A stretch of 64,000 nt of DNA, taken from Phyllosticta citribraziliensis. Its lineage: Eukaryota. The notes under the pieces are model-generated. The model was not told the origin of the DNA, made no database searches, and saw only the letters and a list, made by a program, of their open reading frames with translations. Positions 37,781-52,860 of the stretch are shown here, in pieces (position 1 is the first letter of the stretch; each line of letters opens with the position of its first letter). A program made the translations under genes and the position numbers. The stretch is from NCBI RefSeq assembly GCF_038025025.1, contig NW_027117343.1:2232001-2296000 (forward strand). The letters are read 5' to 3'.

Positions 37781-39346
37781 ATGACGCGTTCTCGTCTGGC
37801 GCAAGCGCTTCTCGCGGCTTGTTCGTGTGCCGTTCCTGCGTTTGCAGGCTCGATTTTGTTCGAAGGCGGCACCATCATCTCTTTCAATAACGCGACGCAA
37901 TCCCTCGAAGTACTGAGAGACGCATCCCTCCTTACGACCAACGACACAATCGCCGCCATCTTCGACTCTTCCTCCAACATCACGGTACCCGCCGGCACCG
38001 AGATGATATCAGCACAGGGGAAAATAATATCTCCCGGCTTCGTGGACACGCACCGCCACGGCTGGCAAACGGCCTACAAGACGCTCGGCTCCAACACGAC
38101 GCTCGCCGAGTACTTTGAGCGGTACGGCGAGTTTACGCAAGCGGGGACCGTTTTTGGGCCCGATGATGTATACTACGGCCAGCTGGTGGGCATTTACGAG
38201 GCGCTGAATTCGGGCGTCACGACCATCCTGGAGCACGCGCACGCGACGTTTTCGAATGCGACGGTGGCTGCGTATCTGGATGCGTCGATTGACAGTGGCG
38301 TGCGCATGTGGTTTTGCTATGCGCTGCACACGTTGACGAACGGCTTCTCGATTGAGGAGCAGATGGCGAATTATGAGGACCTGGTCAAGGACGAGCGGTT
38401 GCCGGCTAGCTTGGTCAAGATGGGGTTGGCATACGACACTTTTGCTTCGGCCAGCGACGAGGAGATTCAATCGGTCTTGGACCTCGCAAAGTGAGTGTCA
38501 CCAGGTGAATGCTCACGCCACGAGCAGGCAGTGTTGACGAGAAGCAGGAGCTCCAACGCGGCGGCACTCACCACGCACTACCTCGGCGGGCCGTGGTTCG
38601 ACGCCAACAGTCCGACGCGTCTAAACGACTTTTCTTTCCTGAACACGAGCATGCCCATCGTCTTCTCGCATGCCAGCTACATCACGCCCGACGACGCGGT
38701 CCTGCTGCGCAAATACAACCACTACATCTCGACGACGCCCGAGTCGGAGATGCACTATGGCCACGGCCACGAGTACAGCGCGCTGATCCAGGACCAGGCC
38801 GCGCTGGGTGTCGACACGCACTTCACCTACTCGACCGACATCATCACCCAGGCCCGCATCTGGCTGCAGTCGACCCGCCTCAAGCTCTTCGCCCAGACCA
38901 TGAAGGACTGGGCCATCCCCCGCAACAACCCCATGTCCGTCAACCAGGCCTTCCTGCTCGCCACGCGCTCCGGCGGCCTTGCCCTGCACCGCCCGGACAT
39001 TGGCGTCCTGCAGGTCGGCGCCAAGGCCGACGTGGTTGTATTTGATGGAGATTCGCCCAACATGCTGGGCTGGGTGGACCCTGTTGCTGCCATTATTCTG
39101 CACTCGCATGTCGGCGACATCAAGCACGTCTTGGTCGATGGCAAGTGGCGGAAGAGAGAGGGCCAGTTGGTCTTGGCGCAGAATAGGACGGCTGTCGAGC
39201 AAAAGTTCTTGCAGTCAGCTCGGAGGATCCAAAAGATTTGGGAACAGACGCCGCTTCCGGACCTGCAGGGCGAATACTCTAATGGTGTTGAATATGGGTC
39301 AGCAGTGACTGTGGACGTACAAAGGGGCAATGGGACGGGGTATTAG
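37781..39346 (+). CDS. Secreted metal-dependent amidohydrolase, Atz/Trz/MTA-SAH deaminase-like (2 exons)
   Basis: Signal peptide, PGFVDTHRH, GVTTILEHAH, TPESEMHYGHG, LGVDTH and GAKADVVVF. Intron at about 38491-38548. Confidence 0.9.
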
Positions 39347-39706
39347 GAAGATGATACGAATAATAACTAATTTACCTTGCAATCGATTCTTTGAGATGGC
39401 TGCATTGTACTATTGTTGATTATCAGCGAACGACGGACGCTCCCCAATGTCGCGCGTAGGAAAAATGGACACTATTCATATTGACCCCTGAAATACGAGA
39501 TGGTCATTCCGAGAATTCAAACTTTTCTTCGCAGCCGCCAGACTACACAGGAGGACTTCTTTCCTCGTCGTCTCAAGTGATGACATTTTGATCTTCGTTT
39601 CGACTGACACGCCACTCTCTTCTCGAGAAGATTCATCTTTCTGTCGTTCTCTCCCGTTTTGATCCATTCCCAGATTTGGAAGATTTTCTATTTTTTGCCC
39701 GGCTCC

Positions 39707-42427
39707 TCACATGAGACAGCCAGCTTTCCGGCTCGTGTGAACTTCCGTCACGGCAACTCTGAGCTTGCGGCCGCCGACTTCGACAAACGATTCGACCATC
39801 CATTCATACCAGACCTTGCGATCGTCAGTCTGGCGCCACATGCTAATGAAAATCTCGGAGTCATCCGGAATGTACATGGGATTCTGCTCAGAGTCAGTCA
39901 AAAAAGTCCACCAACAACATGGTGTGGACACTCACCTTGAGCGGAAACCAAATAGGAAACCAGCTGATCATGTCCCTGCTCTTCGCGTCCATGGTGACGG
40001 GATTGGTGCTCAGCTCCACCTTTTCGCCATTGGCATCCTTGCCTTCTCTGGCGTACAGGACGCTCTCGAAGTAACCGGCAATGCCGTGGCACACGCCTCT
40101 GTTTTTGCACTTGAATGCAGTCCGCGAGCTGCGTGAGTTGTGCTCGTTGGCTCCGTCGCCGCCAGTGGCTCCACCTACTCCTCCAGCCGCAGAGCCCCCG
40201 CGACGCAATTGCGACTGGGCGAGAATGCTGGGCTGGACTGGATGGACAAATTCCCAGGCTTGTTGGATGTGCGGTGAAAGCATGGAAGAATCAGAGGGGA
40301 CGCTAGTTGCGCCAGTTCGGACAGCTGCTGCGTATGATCCACCTGTCGGGGACGCAGGGTGATTTTGGTTGGAGTTGGTAGGAAGGATCGTTGAGAGATA
40401 GTCGATTGCGTGGAGCATGACGACATGCGGTGTCTCTGGGGCTGTCGAGTCCGTGAAAGACCGAGTTGTGACATCCGCGTGCAACTTGGGTGCGGAGGCG
40501 GGTGTGAGATGTGCCGTGTAGCTCTGAGGGATCGATATGCCATGGGTAGGGTTGAGCACGTGTTGTACACCATCCAGGCATTCGGGAGATAGTTCATTGT
40601 CAGCAAAGCTTCCAAGTAGCTCGGAAACAATGATGTCAACATGGCCGTGAGTGCCGTCTCCACGATGCGGGCCGCGCCAGTACCGCATGTCGGATTTGAC
40701 GACAGTGACAGCTCCGTCCCAAGAGTCGCGGTTGTGTCGCTGGAGCAGGACATATGCATTTGGGTTCTTTTCAACTGCCCAAGCTTGGATGCGCACTCCG
40801 GAGTTCTTGGAGGCTCGTAGTGCGCGAGTGACGAGTGGTCCACGGCCGGCTCCGACGACTGCAACGACAACGGCGCCGTCAGGGGAAGATGGCGGCTTTT
40901 TCAGCGCGGCCCAATCCTTCAACGCTGCTTCAATAGCCCGCTCATACCACTCATACTTGACGGGGTCCTTCTCAAACACTTCATAAGTGATGCTTTCAAG
41001 ATTGTCTGTTAGAGGCTGAAGGGGCGCCTGTAAATAGTCTTGGTAGCCCGATCCGAAGCGCTCAATCTGAGTCTTGGGAGGCTGGTTACGCTGGAGATGG
41101 CGCATGTAGCTTAGATGTGGAGTTGGGTCTGTCGGCTTCTTTTGAGGTTGGGCCTTGGCAGCTTCTGCTGGAGTAGGCTCGTGTGTTGGGATGGTCACTG
41201 CATCTTGGGGAAGAAAGCCAGTTCCAGTAGTCATGATCATGTCTGGATCGTCCACACCGGGAATGGGGCCAACGTCGGTGAGAAGTATCCAAGGCACCGT
41301 CCGGAGACGCATGTATCGGAAGAGGAGCATCTGGTGCGCAATAGGCAGGACCCAGTAGCCCTTTTTGTTCTTGACAAAAGTCGTCGCAGGGAATGAAAGC
41401 AGACGGAGGGGCTCTGAAAACCAACGCCTCTGCACTGGGGCAGGCGGAAGGTTGGGCGGAAAAGTCAAAGCTGGAAATAGACGATTAGCGACCATGCATG
41501 TGTGAATTACCGCCAAAGGGAGGTACAGTACCTGAAAGATTACTACGGCGACTTTTAAAAATGCAGACGTGGACACAAGGAATTGAAAGATGTGAATCGA
41601 GGAAAAAAGATGCAGCAAAAGACGTAGTAAATAATCTGTCCTCTTACCTACAGAAACCCTTTGGTTGTATTTACAAACAGTCCGAACGACGTTCCAAGCA
41701 TCCCAAGTACCGAAAGTGTCGACTTCACTCTTTCCCTTTTGTGCTGATGTCGCGACATATTCGTCACGGACGAACCGTGACAAGTTGCCCACATCATCAT
41801 GAGATTCGTCATTAGGGTCATCGGTCATGGGCAGCATAATTTGAATGTTGATGTACTGCCCTATGGCGAGAGCCTCTTGGATTGCTCGAGCGTATTGGGC
41901 GACGCCTTGGCCGTGCAAGTCACCATGATGCAGCTTTGGCCCTTGGACAATGACGTTGCCGAATCCGCAGAAAGCGGCATAAGCTATTTCCAGAGTAAAG
42001 ACCTGGCGCGAGATGTGTGCTATGACGGGATCGGGTGAAGCGAGGTCTATCCACGGGCTCGTCAGAGCCAGGAGTTGGGAGATGCTGTCGTTTGGCGCAT
42101 GAAGAGTGTCTGCAGGGCTAAGCGGCGTGATCAGCGGCAGAGGAAGGTCTTTGGTGGGCGATGACTGCAGGTCGGTAAAATAGGTGGACAAGGCGGTCAA
42201 AACACGAGCTTGGAAATGGGCGTTGGTGATTGGAGCGGTCAGCATGTCGTACTGGGGGTAGCTGTCAGTATGCGCCTTGCATGGTGTTTGTTGGAGAAGC
42301 GACTGACATTGAGGTCTTGAGCATGGTGAAGCAGCTGCTCCGTAACCGGATGGCTGCGCTTTGATTCGTGGTGGCCCACGAAGAACATGGGCATGTCATC
42401 CATACTGAGCGAGCTGTCAGTATCCAT
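39707..42427 (-). CDS. HSL7: Protein arginine N-methyltransferase 5 (Hsl7/Skb1) (4 exons)
   Basis: Motifs YQDYLQAPLQPLTDNLES.TYEVFEKD, GAGRGPLV, VEKNPNA, SELLGSFADNELSPECL and MISWFP. Confidence 0.95.
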
Positions 42428-42771
42428 GCCCGACAAGAGGTGAAGGTCGTGGGCAGGCGCAAGTCGAGGTCGAGGAAAACTCAGGCCAAAGGTGATGGGA
42501 AATTTGTCCAGTGGAGTATGAGGACAAGCGCGGCCTCGCGGCGCGAACGCGGGGGTCCGAGTGCGAGGGCCCTGAGGTGGCATCCCGTCTGGCTGGCATG
42601 TCGGCGATCGGCGTTTCGGCGGCCCGGGCGACAACATTTTCCCATCGGCGGCGTGCCAAGACCAAGACAGCGACCAGGGCAAGCCCAGTCCAGTCCGGTC
42701 CAGCTTCAATCGTTCTTGCTGCACCGCACACCAACGCTCCCGAAACAATCCTCTTCTCACCGACCGCTCCC

Positions 42772-45099
<2,328 letters not shown>

Positions 45100-46398
45100 T
45101 AGTCTCACGCCCGGGGCACATCCGTAGTTCATTCTATCCGAAGCTGTGAATATAGCTAATCTTGGTCAATATTGGTTTTCTTCCCTGGCGCTCAATGGGT
45201 TGGTGGTAGACACTCATGGATACACTCTTGCTTTCAAACTCTGAAGTCCTTGAGGGAGTTTCTCATGGCACTCAAAACACGGAATCAAGACATAGAAAAG
45301 GGTGTTTGGAGCAATATTCTACAGTCTTTCTCTTTTTTCACGTCGGAGAGGCATCATCGTGCGCCAAGGGCGTCTATAAAGTCTTTCTTGAAGTGATTCC
45401 AATTCTCCCTTTTCATCATCTGCGTCTATCGTTTCTTTTTAAGAAGGCGGCATTGAAAGTCTTTTTTGTTGGAAGACTGATGCGTCCCAGTGGACTTGCT
45501 AGAACGCATAGGGTGATTACGGCAACCGACCCGACTCACTCACCACACCATTGACCCAAGAAGCAAGACAGAAGAGCTTTCTCGGCGAGCATGTCAAGAA
45601 TAGGCATGGGGCCAAACCATGGACATGGTGCCACCAGCCGCGCGTCAGATCACAGACGTCGAATAAACCAGCTGTAAATTAATCGCTCCACCGTTGCGGT
45701 AACAGTTGGGGGCGAAAACGCTCGGGCTGCCTTGGACCCTGAGCAAGCAATATACCGTTTTGACAGTGAGGTAATTTAGGATTGTCACAAGAAACGAGGT
45801 GCTGATTACTGAATCCAAAGCTCTTCGCAAGACATAAGCACCTTGCAAATGTTTGATTCGGCCGTGTACAATCGAAAGCGCAATCGACCTCTTTCAATGC
45901 ACAGGGACAGGAAGGAATCCCGAAAATCAACAGACTAGGACGGCAGCTATTCCCGACAAGCCAGGCCTCTACAACTCTGTAACTATTTAGTCGTACAAGT
46001 CATTCTTGCCTGACTGGGCGAGTGGGCCGCGTTTGGCCCCCTCTCTCGACGCAGCTATACTCCGAGACCCAGACTTAACGCCGAAGTATGCATGAACATT
46101 TTCCGACAGTTGACGCAAAAAAGAAGAGTCCGCCGCATGGCGAAGATCGTTTACTTGACTTGGCGCACACAAACGATCTCGCCCTGCTATTTATGGGCCC
46201 AGCGCCTGGTCTCGCGCGAACCACGACATGTGCTGTTGGCGGCCAAAAACACCATGAGGTTTCCCATGACTCGGGTTCGTGGAGAGATTCCCTCGTTTAT
46301 ATGCGCGGGGCCGGCAACCACGTAGCTGGGTTGCTTGTCGCGCTTTGTTTTCGACAGTCATTTGACCGAGTCTGAACACCATTCCCCGGACTTCCTGC

Positions 46399-49300
46399 AT
46401 GGAGGACTCACAATCGGAACATGAGTTAGGGGAGACGTGTCCGCTTCGACTGCATCGAGAGCATGACGATTCTGAGATAAGACCTATGAATCCGGCAACA
46501 AGCACTACATCCGAAACAGCAGAAAAACATACGTCTACATCGTCGAATGCCTCTCAAGTAGAATTGGGCAAAAGCAGGCGTTTTGCACGGATCGAAGACC
46601 TGGCAACATGGATACCAGACGCATCAAAACCAGCCAAATGGACAACTCAACGAGCTACACTGCTATGCGTCCACATTGGTCTCTCAGCCGGCGTCCTCCT
46701 GATGAACATTGCGTTCGCAGCATCATCCATCTACAACTTCCAAATGGACTCGTACACGGGACAGTACTTTGCAGGCAACTGTTCGAGCGTCAAAGTGGCC
46801 AATCGCTGGATCCACCTCGGCATCAACGTGCTGTCGTCGCTGCTGTTGCTGTCGAGCAACTACTGCGCGCAAATCCTGATGGCGCCTACGAGAGAGGAGG
46901 TGGACCGCGCCCATGCTCGGAAAGACTGGTTTGACATTGGGGTGCAGAGTCTCAGGAATTGGCGGCGCATAGCGCTCAAGAGACGCGTCGTATGTACGGT
47001 CTTGATGGTTTCGTCTGGACTGTTACATTTGGTGTGAGTGTTTGCCGTCTACACGGTTGTGTCTTCTGCTAACTGGAGAAAGGTGGAACTCGGCTGTTTT
47101 TTCAGCTACACCGGTCAGCTATTACCGCATCGCGATGGTGACGAGCGACTTTGAGGCTGACCCGAATCCCTGGGGAAGTTTATGGTTGGGCGATAATCTC
47201 ACGCCTAATATTCAGGAGATGCGGCACAACATTAGTGGTCTGGACCGCCTGAACAAGACGGCGTGTTTTGATCGATACATCAGTGGGTCGGTGGGCATGG
47301 GGGACTTGATTGTCGTCAGCTCCAACGTAGGAAAAACTCAGCCTTGGGCAATAATTGGGAGCATTCTAACAACGCGATACAGGTCACAATGGCAGACAAT
47401 CAATCGGTCATCTCCAACGCAAGTACATCACTTCTCTATATGGTTACGTCGCAGCACGGCAGCAACTGGATCCTGTACAATTTCTGGATGTGCAACCGAT
47501 GGAGACGACTGGACACTCGATTACCGAAAGAGTGGTGCACACGCGACTTTCTCGAACCACACCTGGACGAATGGACCTGGAAGAGTGAGCAATACGATAC
47601 GCCAGCGAAGAAGGAGTACCTGTATTCCTGGTACTACAAGATCGACTACTGCCTCAGCGATGGCGATGACTCGAAGGAGATGGAGCAGTCTTGCGCGTTG
47701 CAGTTTAGCTCCATTGTGTTGATTGTGGTGTGTGTCCTGAACCTGACAAAGGTCCTGTGTATTATTTACACGGCGCACATTCAATGGCAGAGCACGGTGA
47801 CGGTAGCGTCTGCCAACGACAGCAGGACTCAGAAGGTAAAAAAGCCCAGCTGGACTGATCGCATAGTTCCGCGGATAGTCAAGACGTCGTGGGATGGCTT
47901 TTCGGAGAAGACGAAGACCCTCCGCGAGGACCCAAGGAAGCTGTCGCTCGTAACAGTCGGCGACGCCATCGCCAGTTTTCTCGAACACGAGGACCTCGAG
48001 ACGCTGGATATGGACATGGCGTCCATGGCCGACTTTATCCACCATTGGCCAGACAAGGACCACTCGTTCCAATTCCCCAAAGAGACGGTGTGGTTCCGGT
48101 CTGCAAGCCGCAAGAAGTGGTATCTGACATACAGCCTGTACGTACCAAAGTTCCATTCTCGTCTTCGCTTTGTCCGATGCACGGTTCGACGCTCTATCTT
48201 TGCGAGAGACTGACCGCTGCTAGAATCTCTTTGCTCGTCATCATCGGCGGGCCGCTGCTCGCCCTCGAGCTCTACAACCTCGCCAACGCCGGCATAGCCA
48301 TCGACCTGGCATCGCTGTGGTACCAAGGCCTCGGCTCCTTCAATCCCTTTGCGTACGCGATCCCACAAGTAGTCCAGCGACTGCCGCGACTAGGGCAATA
48401 CTTCCTGTCGACGCTGATGGCCAACATCTTCCAAGGTACGCACGAGCGAACGCATCGCGCACACAAACCCCCTCCCCCCTCCCTTCTCCTGCCCCCCTTT
48501 CGTTAGCCACAATGACTGACAAGGCCCCGCAGTAATAATCAGCTTCCTCTACCTCATCTACAACAGCCTCATAACCTCGCTCCTCCTCGCCGACGAATGG
48601 AACCGCTTCCTGACGACACGCAAGGCCCTGCGCGTCAGCACCCCGCGCAGCCTGCAGCGCTCCTCCTACTTCCTCTCACTGCCCCTCAAATACAGCGTCC
48701 CGCTCACCGTCCTCAACACCCTGCTGCACTGGCTCGTCTCGCAGTGCGTCTTCGTCGTCGCCTCGGTCGAATACGTGACGCCTGATTTCGCCCACGATCA
48801 CTCGAATGATGCGTTTATTATTGGCTTCTCGACTATTGCTGTCGTTTTGGCGATTGCGGTCGGTGCCGTCATGTTTTTGGCGCCCTTGCCGTTGGCGTGG
48901 TTTTGGCGGTTGCGCGCGCCTGACGCTGCTGCGGCGGTCGGTCGTGGAGATGGAGACGGAGACGAGGGAGAAGAGGGAAGCAGGGATAAGCGTAGGGACG
49001 AAGAAGCTGACGCAAAGGCTCCCGTCGCGCACACGAGAGGGACTAGCACCTCGTCGGCGTCCTCGACGAATGATGCCGATCCTGTTGCTGCTGTAATCAC
49101 TGAGACGGACAACATCACCGCCGCCAACAGCAGCACTGCCATGCTCCTCCCTAAAGGAGCTACCGCCACCTCTTCTGAACTCCTCACCCCTCGTCCAGTC
49201 AAGCACCGGAAAAGCACGTACCCTATGCCCCTCGCGTCGACTTGTAGTGCAGCCATCAGCGCCGCATGCCACCGGCACGCAGACGACGTGCACGCGCACC

Positions 49301-49470
49301 TCTTGCCTGTCACTTGGGGATTCGTTCGTGATGATGGCGATAGCGATGAGGAAGTGGAAGCAGACACGGCGGTGGGCAAGGAGAAAGACGGGATAGCGGG
49401 CCGGTTTTGCTTCACGACGGCCAGAGATGTTGAGTGGCCGGGTGAGGAGGAGTGGAGATCGTGGATTTGA
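46399..49470 (+). CDS. Multi-pass membrane protein, DUF6536-like (about 5 exons)
   Basis: HLGINVLSSLLLLSSNYCAQILMAPTREEVDRAH..WFDIGVQSLRN, LVTVGDAIASFL, QRSSYFLSLPLKYS, LHWLVSQ and MPLASTCSAAISAACH. Confidence 0.8.
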
Positions 49471-49600
49471 AGGGGAAGCAAAGCGTGATAGACGTAGTTT
49501 TTTTGGGCTAGTTGAACCATCTTCTTGACTACATATATTGACTGCTGCTTGAGTTCGTCATGGTATGCTGTGCGAGGGCATGTATGCTCCCAGTAGTCAT

Positions 49601-50911
49601 TCAGTGCATTCCCATGTTCTGACGGGTCCCAGGCACGCGAATGCTCCCAGTCCCCGGCCACGAACCTCGGGCATCACCAAGGGAAGTGTTGACCTGTTTA
49701 CCGGCACGCATACCAGCACTCATTCCGTAGCCACCTGTACCAGTCCCCGAGAAAGAATTCGGATTGATTGCGCCCAATGGCTGTCTGGCCATCGGAGTGT
49801 TTCCAGAGTGACCAAAGCCGCTACCCCTGAACGGACTTGGGTGGACGTTCGGATCGCCAAGACGCGTGCGATGCTGAGACGGAGTTGCATTGACGGAAGC
49901 GGTTTCTTGTTCAAGTCAGCTCACGAGATTGTCATTGACGACTTGAGACATACGCCTGAGAGAGCGCCCAGCTTGGCCTTGATTCGTCCACGCATTTTGT
50001 CCTTGGGTAGGTCTCCAACTTTGGCCATTTCCGCTGTATGCATTGCTCCGCTGTCGACTATTCATCCCGCTGCCAGCTTCGTGCGCCGGGTAGATTCCCG
50101 CGGGACCAGGGGGCCCACCGACCTTGTCCACAAATCTTTCGCCTGTGACAGATTGTAGAGTTGCCTCAGCATCTTCTGAGGCTGCCATTGCGACTTGGCC
50201 GGTCAAAACTTGAGCTTTGAGTTGGTTGTAGAGCCTTTGTAGGTTTGCCTGGCTCTTGGCCTTCTCGCGATAAGCTTCCGCCATCTTGAGGTTCTCCTCC
50301 TCAAGCCTCTTTTTTTCCTGGTAAACGACTACATGCTGGTAAGCACCTGAAAGGCCAGACGGCAGGGCTGATTACCTTGCATCTTGTCGCGCAGGCTGCC
50401 AATCTCGGCGTTTGCATCGTGGACGACTTTGTCCATTTGCGCGTTGAGGTCCGAGTACTTCTCTGTCAGGCTCTTTGCGAGAAACTCGTTGTACATTCTG
50501 GATGGACATGAGCTCAGTTTGCGTTCAGTGGACTTTGAAGAACTGACATCTCCTGGGTGGTTTGATAGGTGTAGAACGCGAGACCCCGTCCAGCACATTC
50601 CATGATAATTGTGGGACTCAAGCCACTGAGAACACTGGTCTTGTAGTCCTCTGAAGGGTTGAGACGAGTCTCCACGGCGTCGTCCGGATTCGGCAGCTGG
50701 GTGTCACAGGCAGGGCATATTCGTACCTGCCCATCAGGCCTGGAGAGACCAAGTTCATTGGAGCAGGCAAGGCAGAAGATATGACTGCGAAGGATTAGGG
50801 GACGGCTTAGGAGGCTTCATGAGCTGCCGCGCACCTGCATGTAGTGACGACGGCCCGCTCGGTGAGTTGGGTGCGGCACTTCAACGAGTTGCAACGCAGA
50901 TTGAAATCCAT
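49601..50911 (-). CDS. HEI10: Meiotic RING E3 ligase HEI10/CCNB1IP1 (5 exons)
   Basis: Spliced translation MDFNLRCNSLKCR..AVVTTCSHIFC..C..CPAC..LNPSEDYKTSVLSGLSP..IME, followed by a coiled coil. Confidence 0.88.
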
Positions 50912-51384
50912 TGGAGTAGAGACTGTACGACAGGAGGAAGTTGAGAAGAGCTGGAGGTTCACTTTCAGATGAGGTCTGAGAGGAGGTCAGGGAGCAGTCG
51001 TGCGCCCCCGCTTTCGATGAACACCAATTGAGAAGGAACCAGCCCATAGGGAAGCTGCGCGTCGGCAGGCGATGGGCCATCACTTCATGTTACTGAGACA
51101 GCCAAAAGCCGACCGTGAAGGTAAATGAAGCGTAGGTGAGGCAGCTCATGGTTTCCAATTGGACGCCCCTAGATGTCGACCGCATGACGGTCTTCATAAT
51201 TTCCCCAATCTTTCGATGGTGTTGTACAGTCGACGTCGGATTTGGCAGACGAAGCCAAGGCACTAGTTTCGGCTTCGTTCCTAGTCGCCGATCTCAGCCC
51301 TACCAGCCCGTTTCTAACCTTGACCCGATCCACCAACCAAGAACATCCCTCCAACGCGTCAACCAACCACCCGAAAACGACCGC

Positions 51385-52651
51385 ATGGATCAATCCAATT
51401 CCTCCTCCGCCAATGCATCGCGGAGCTCCACGCCCAATCCCGTCGCTGGCTCCCGCTTCACCGCCCAATCGTCCACCGCCGAAGACCTCCTCAAAAACCA
51501 CACAGTCGGTCTCGTACAGCTCTCAGACTTTCGCAAGCGCCGCGCCGAGGCCCTCGACCTAAAGGATAGGGAGAGACAAGAGCAGGCTCACGGAAGATCT
51601 GGATCTACCCCCGCATCTGGTGTCAGCACCTCCGCTGATGGGTAAGACCCCGGTTGGTCGGTTCAGCTGCTGTCCCCGAGCTAATTGTAAAAGTACAGTG
51701 AACCTGCGCCTCGACCTGCAAAGAAGAAAAAGAAGAACGTTGCCAAGGGAAAGCTGTCCTTTGGGCTAGACGAGGACGAAGATGACACGGCCAGGTCTGC
51801 CGTAGTTACACCACGATCATCCACACCTGCTGAAAGGGGCCCAAAGAGCGGATCCGAAAAGGAAGACGACAAGGAAGTCGTCGTGCCAAAAAGGAAGCTG
51901 GGGCCAAACAGCAATGTGGCATTCACGCCCAAGGTCATGACGAAGAACGCCTTGCTGCGAGAAGCCCAACAGCGCGAGCAGCTGCGCAAGGAATTCTTGA
52001 TCATGCAAGAATCTGTCAAGGCCACCGACTTTGTCATTCCTTTCGTCTTTTACGACGGCTCAAACATACCTGGTGGCAGGTGCAAAGTCAAGAAGGGCGA
52101 CCATGTGTGGCTGTTCCTAGACAAGGCAAGAAAGGTTGGCGCAGAGCTGGGAGTTGGCGGCGACAAAAGCCGGAGGGAATGGGCTAGAGTGGGAGTGGAC
52201 GACTTGATGCTCGTGAGGGGAGAGATGATCATTCCTCAGGTACGTCAGCCAGACCCCGAGCTCGGTAATTCTCTGACACTGTCTACAGCACTACGAATTC
52301 TACTTCTTCATGGTCAACAAGACGAAAGGCTTCGACGGGCCCATTTTCGGCCACTCCGCTGAGCCAACTGCGGGAACCCCATTGCCAGCGAAGGACGAAG
52401 AAGTTGACCCCGCAACCTACGACCCTCTTGCCCAAAAGGAGAAGAAGAAGGACAGAGGCGTCACGGAAGAAGACACGTCCCTGGAGGGGTTTGATGATGA
52501 TCCCACCCTGACCAAGGTCGTCGACAGACGCTGGTACGAACGTAACAAGCACATCTACCCTGCCAGCATCTGGGAGGAGTACGACCCGAACAAGAACTAT
52601 TCCAGCAGCATCCGCAAAGACCAGGAGGGCAACTCCTTTTTCTTTACTTGA
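51385..52651 (+). CDS. XAP5: XAP5/FAM50 family nuclear protein (3 exons)
   Basis: TVGLVQLSDF, KLSFG, LRKEFL, IPFVFYDG, VDDLMLVRGEMIIP and KVVDRRWYERNKHIYPAS.WE. Confidence 0.9.
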
Positions 52652-52860
52652 GAGAATGGCTGAGGACGTCTCCGAAAGATGAGTTGCAAGCAGCGCTTGG
52701 CTCAACTCTTGGGAAGCCACAACCCAAATCTTAGCATGGACTGGTGCCGGAGATTCCCTTTTCAATCTGCATGTTTTGTTTTGGGCAATAATCATAGACG
52801 GTCTCATCAAAGTGCAAGCCTCCTTATGGCTCCAACGCTTATTGTTTATTCTCCAGACCA

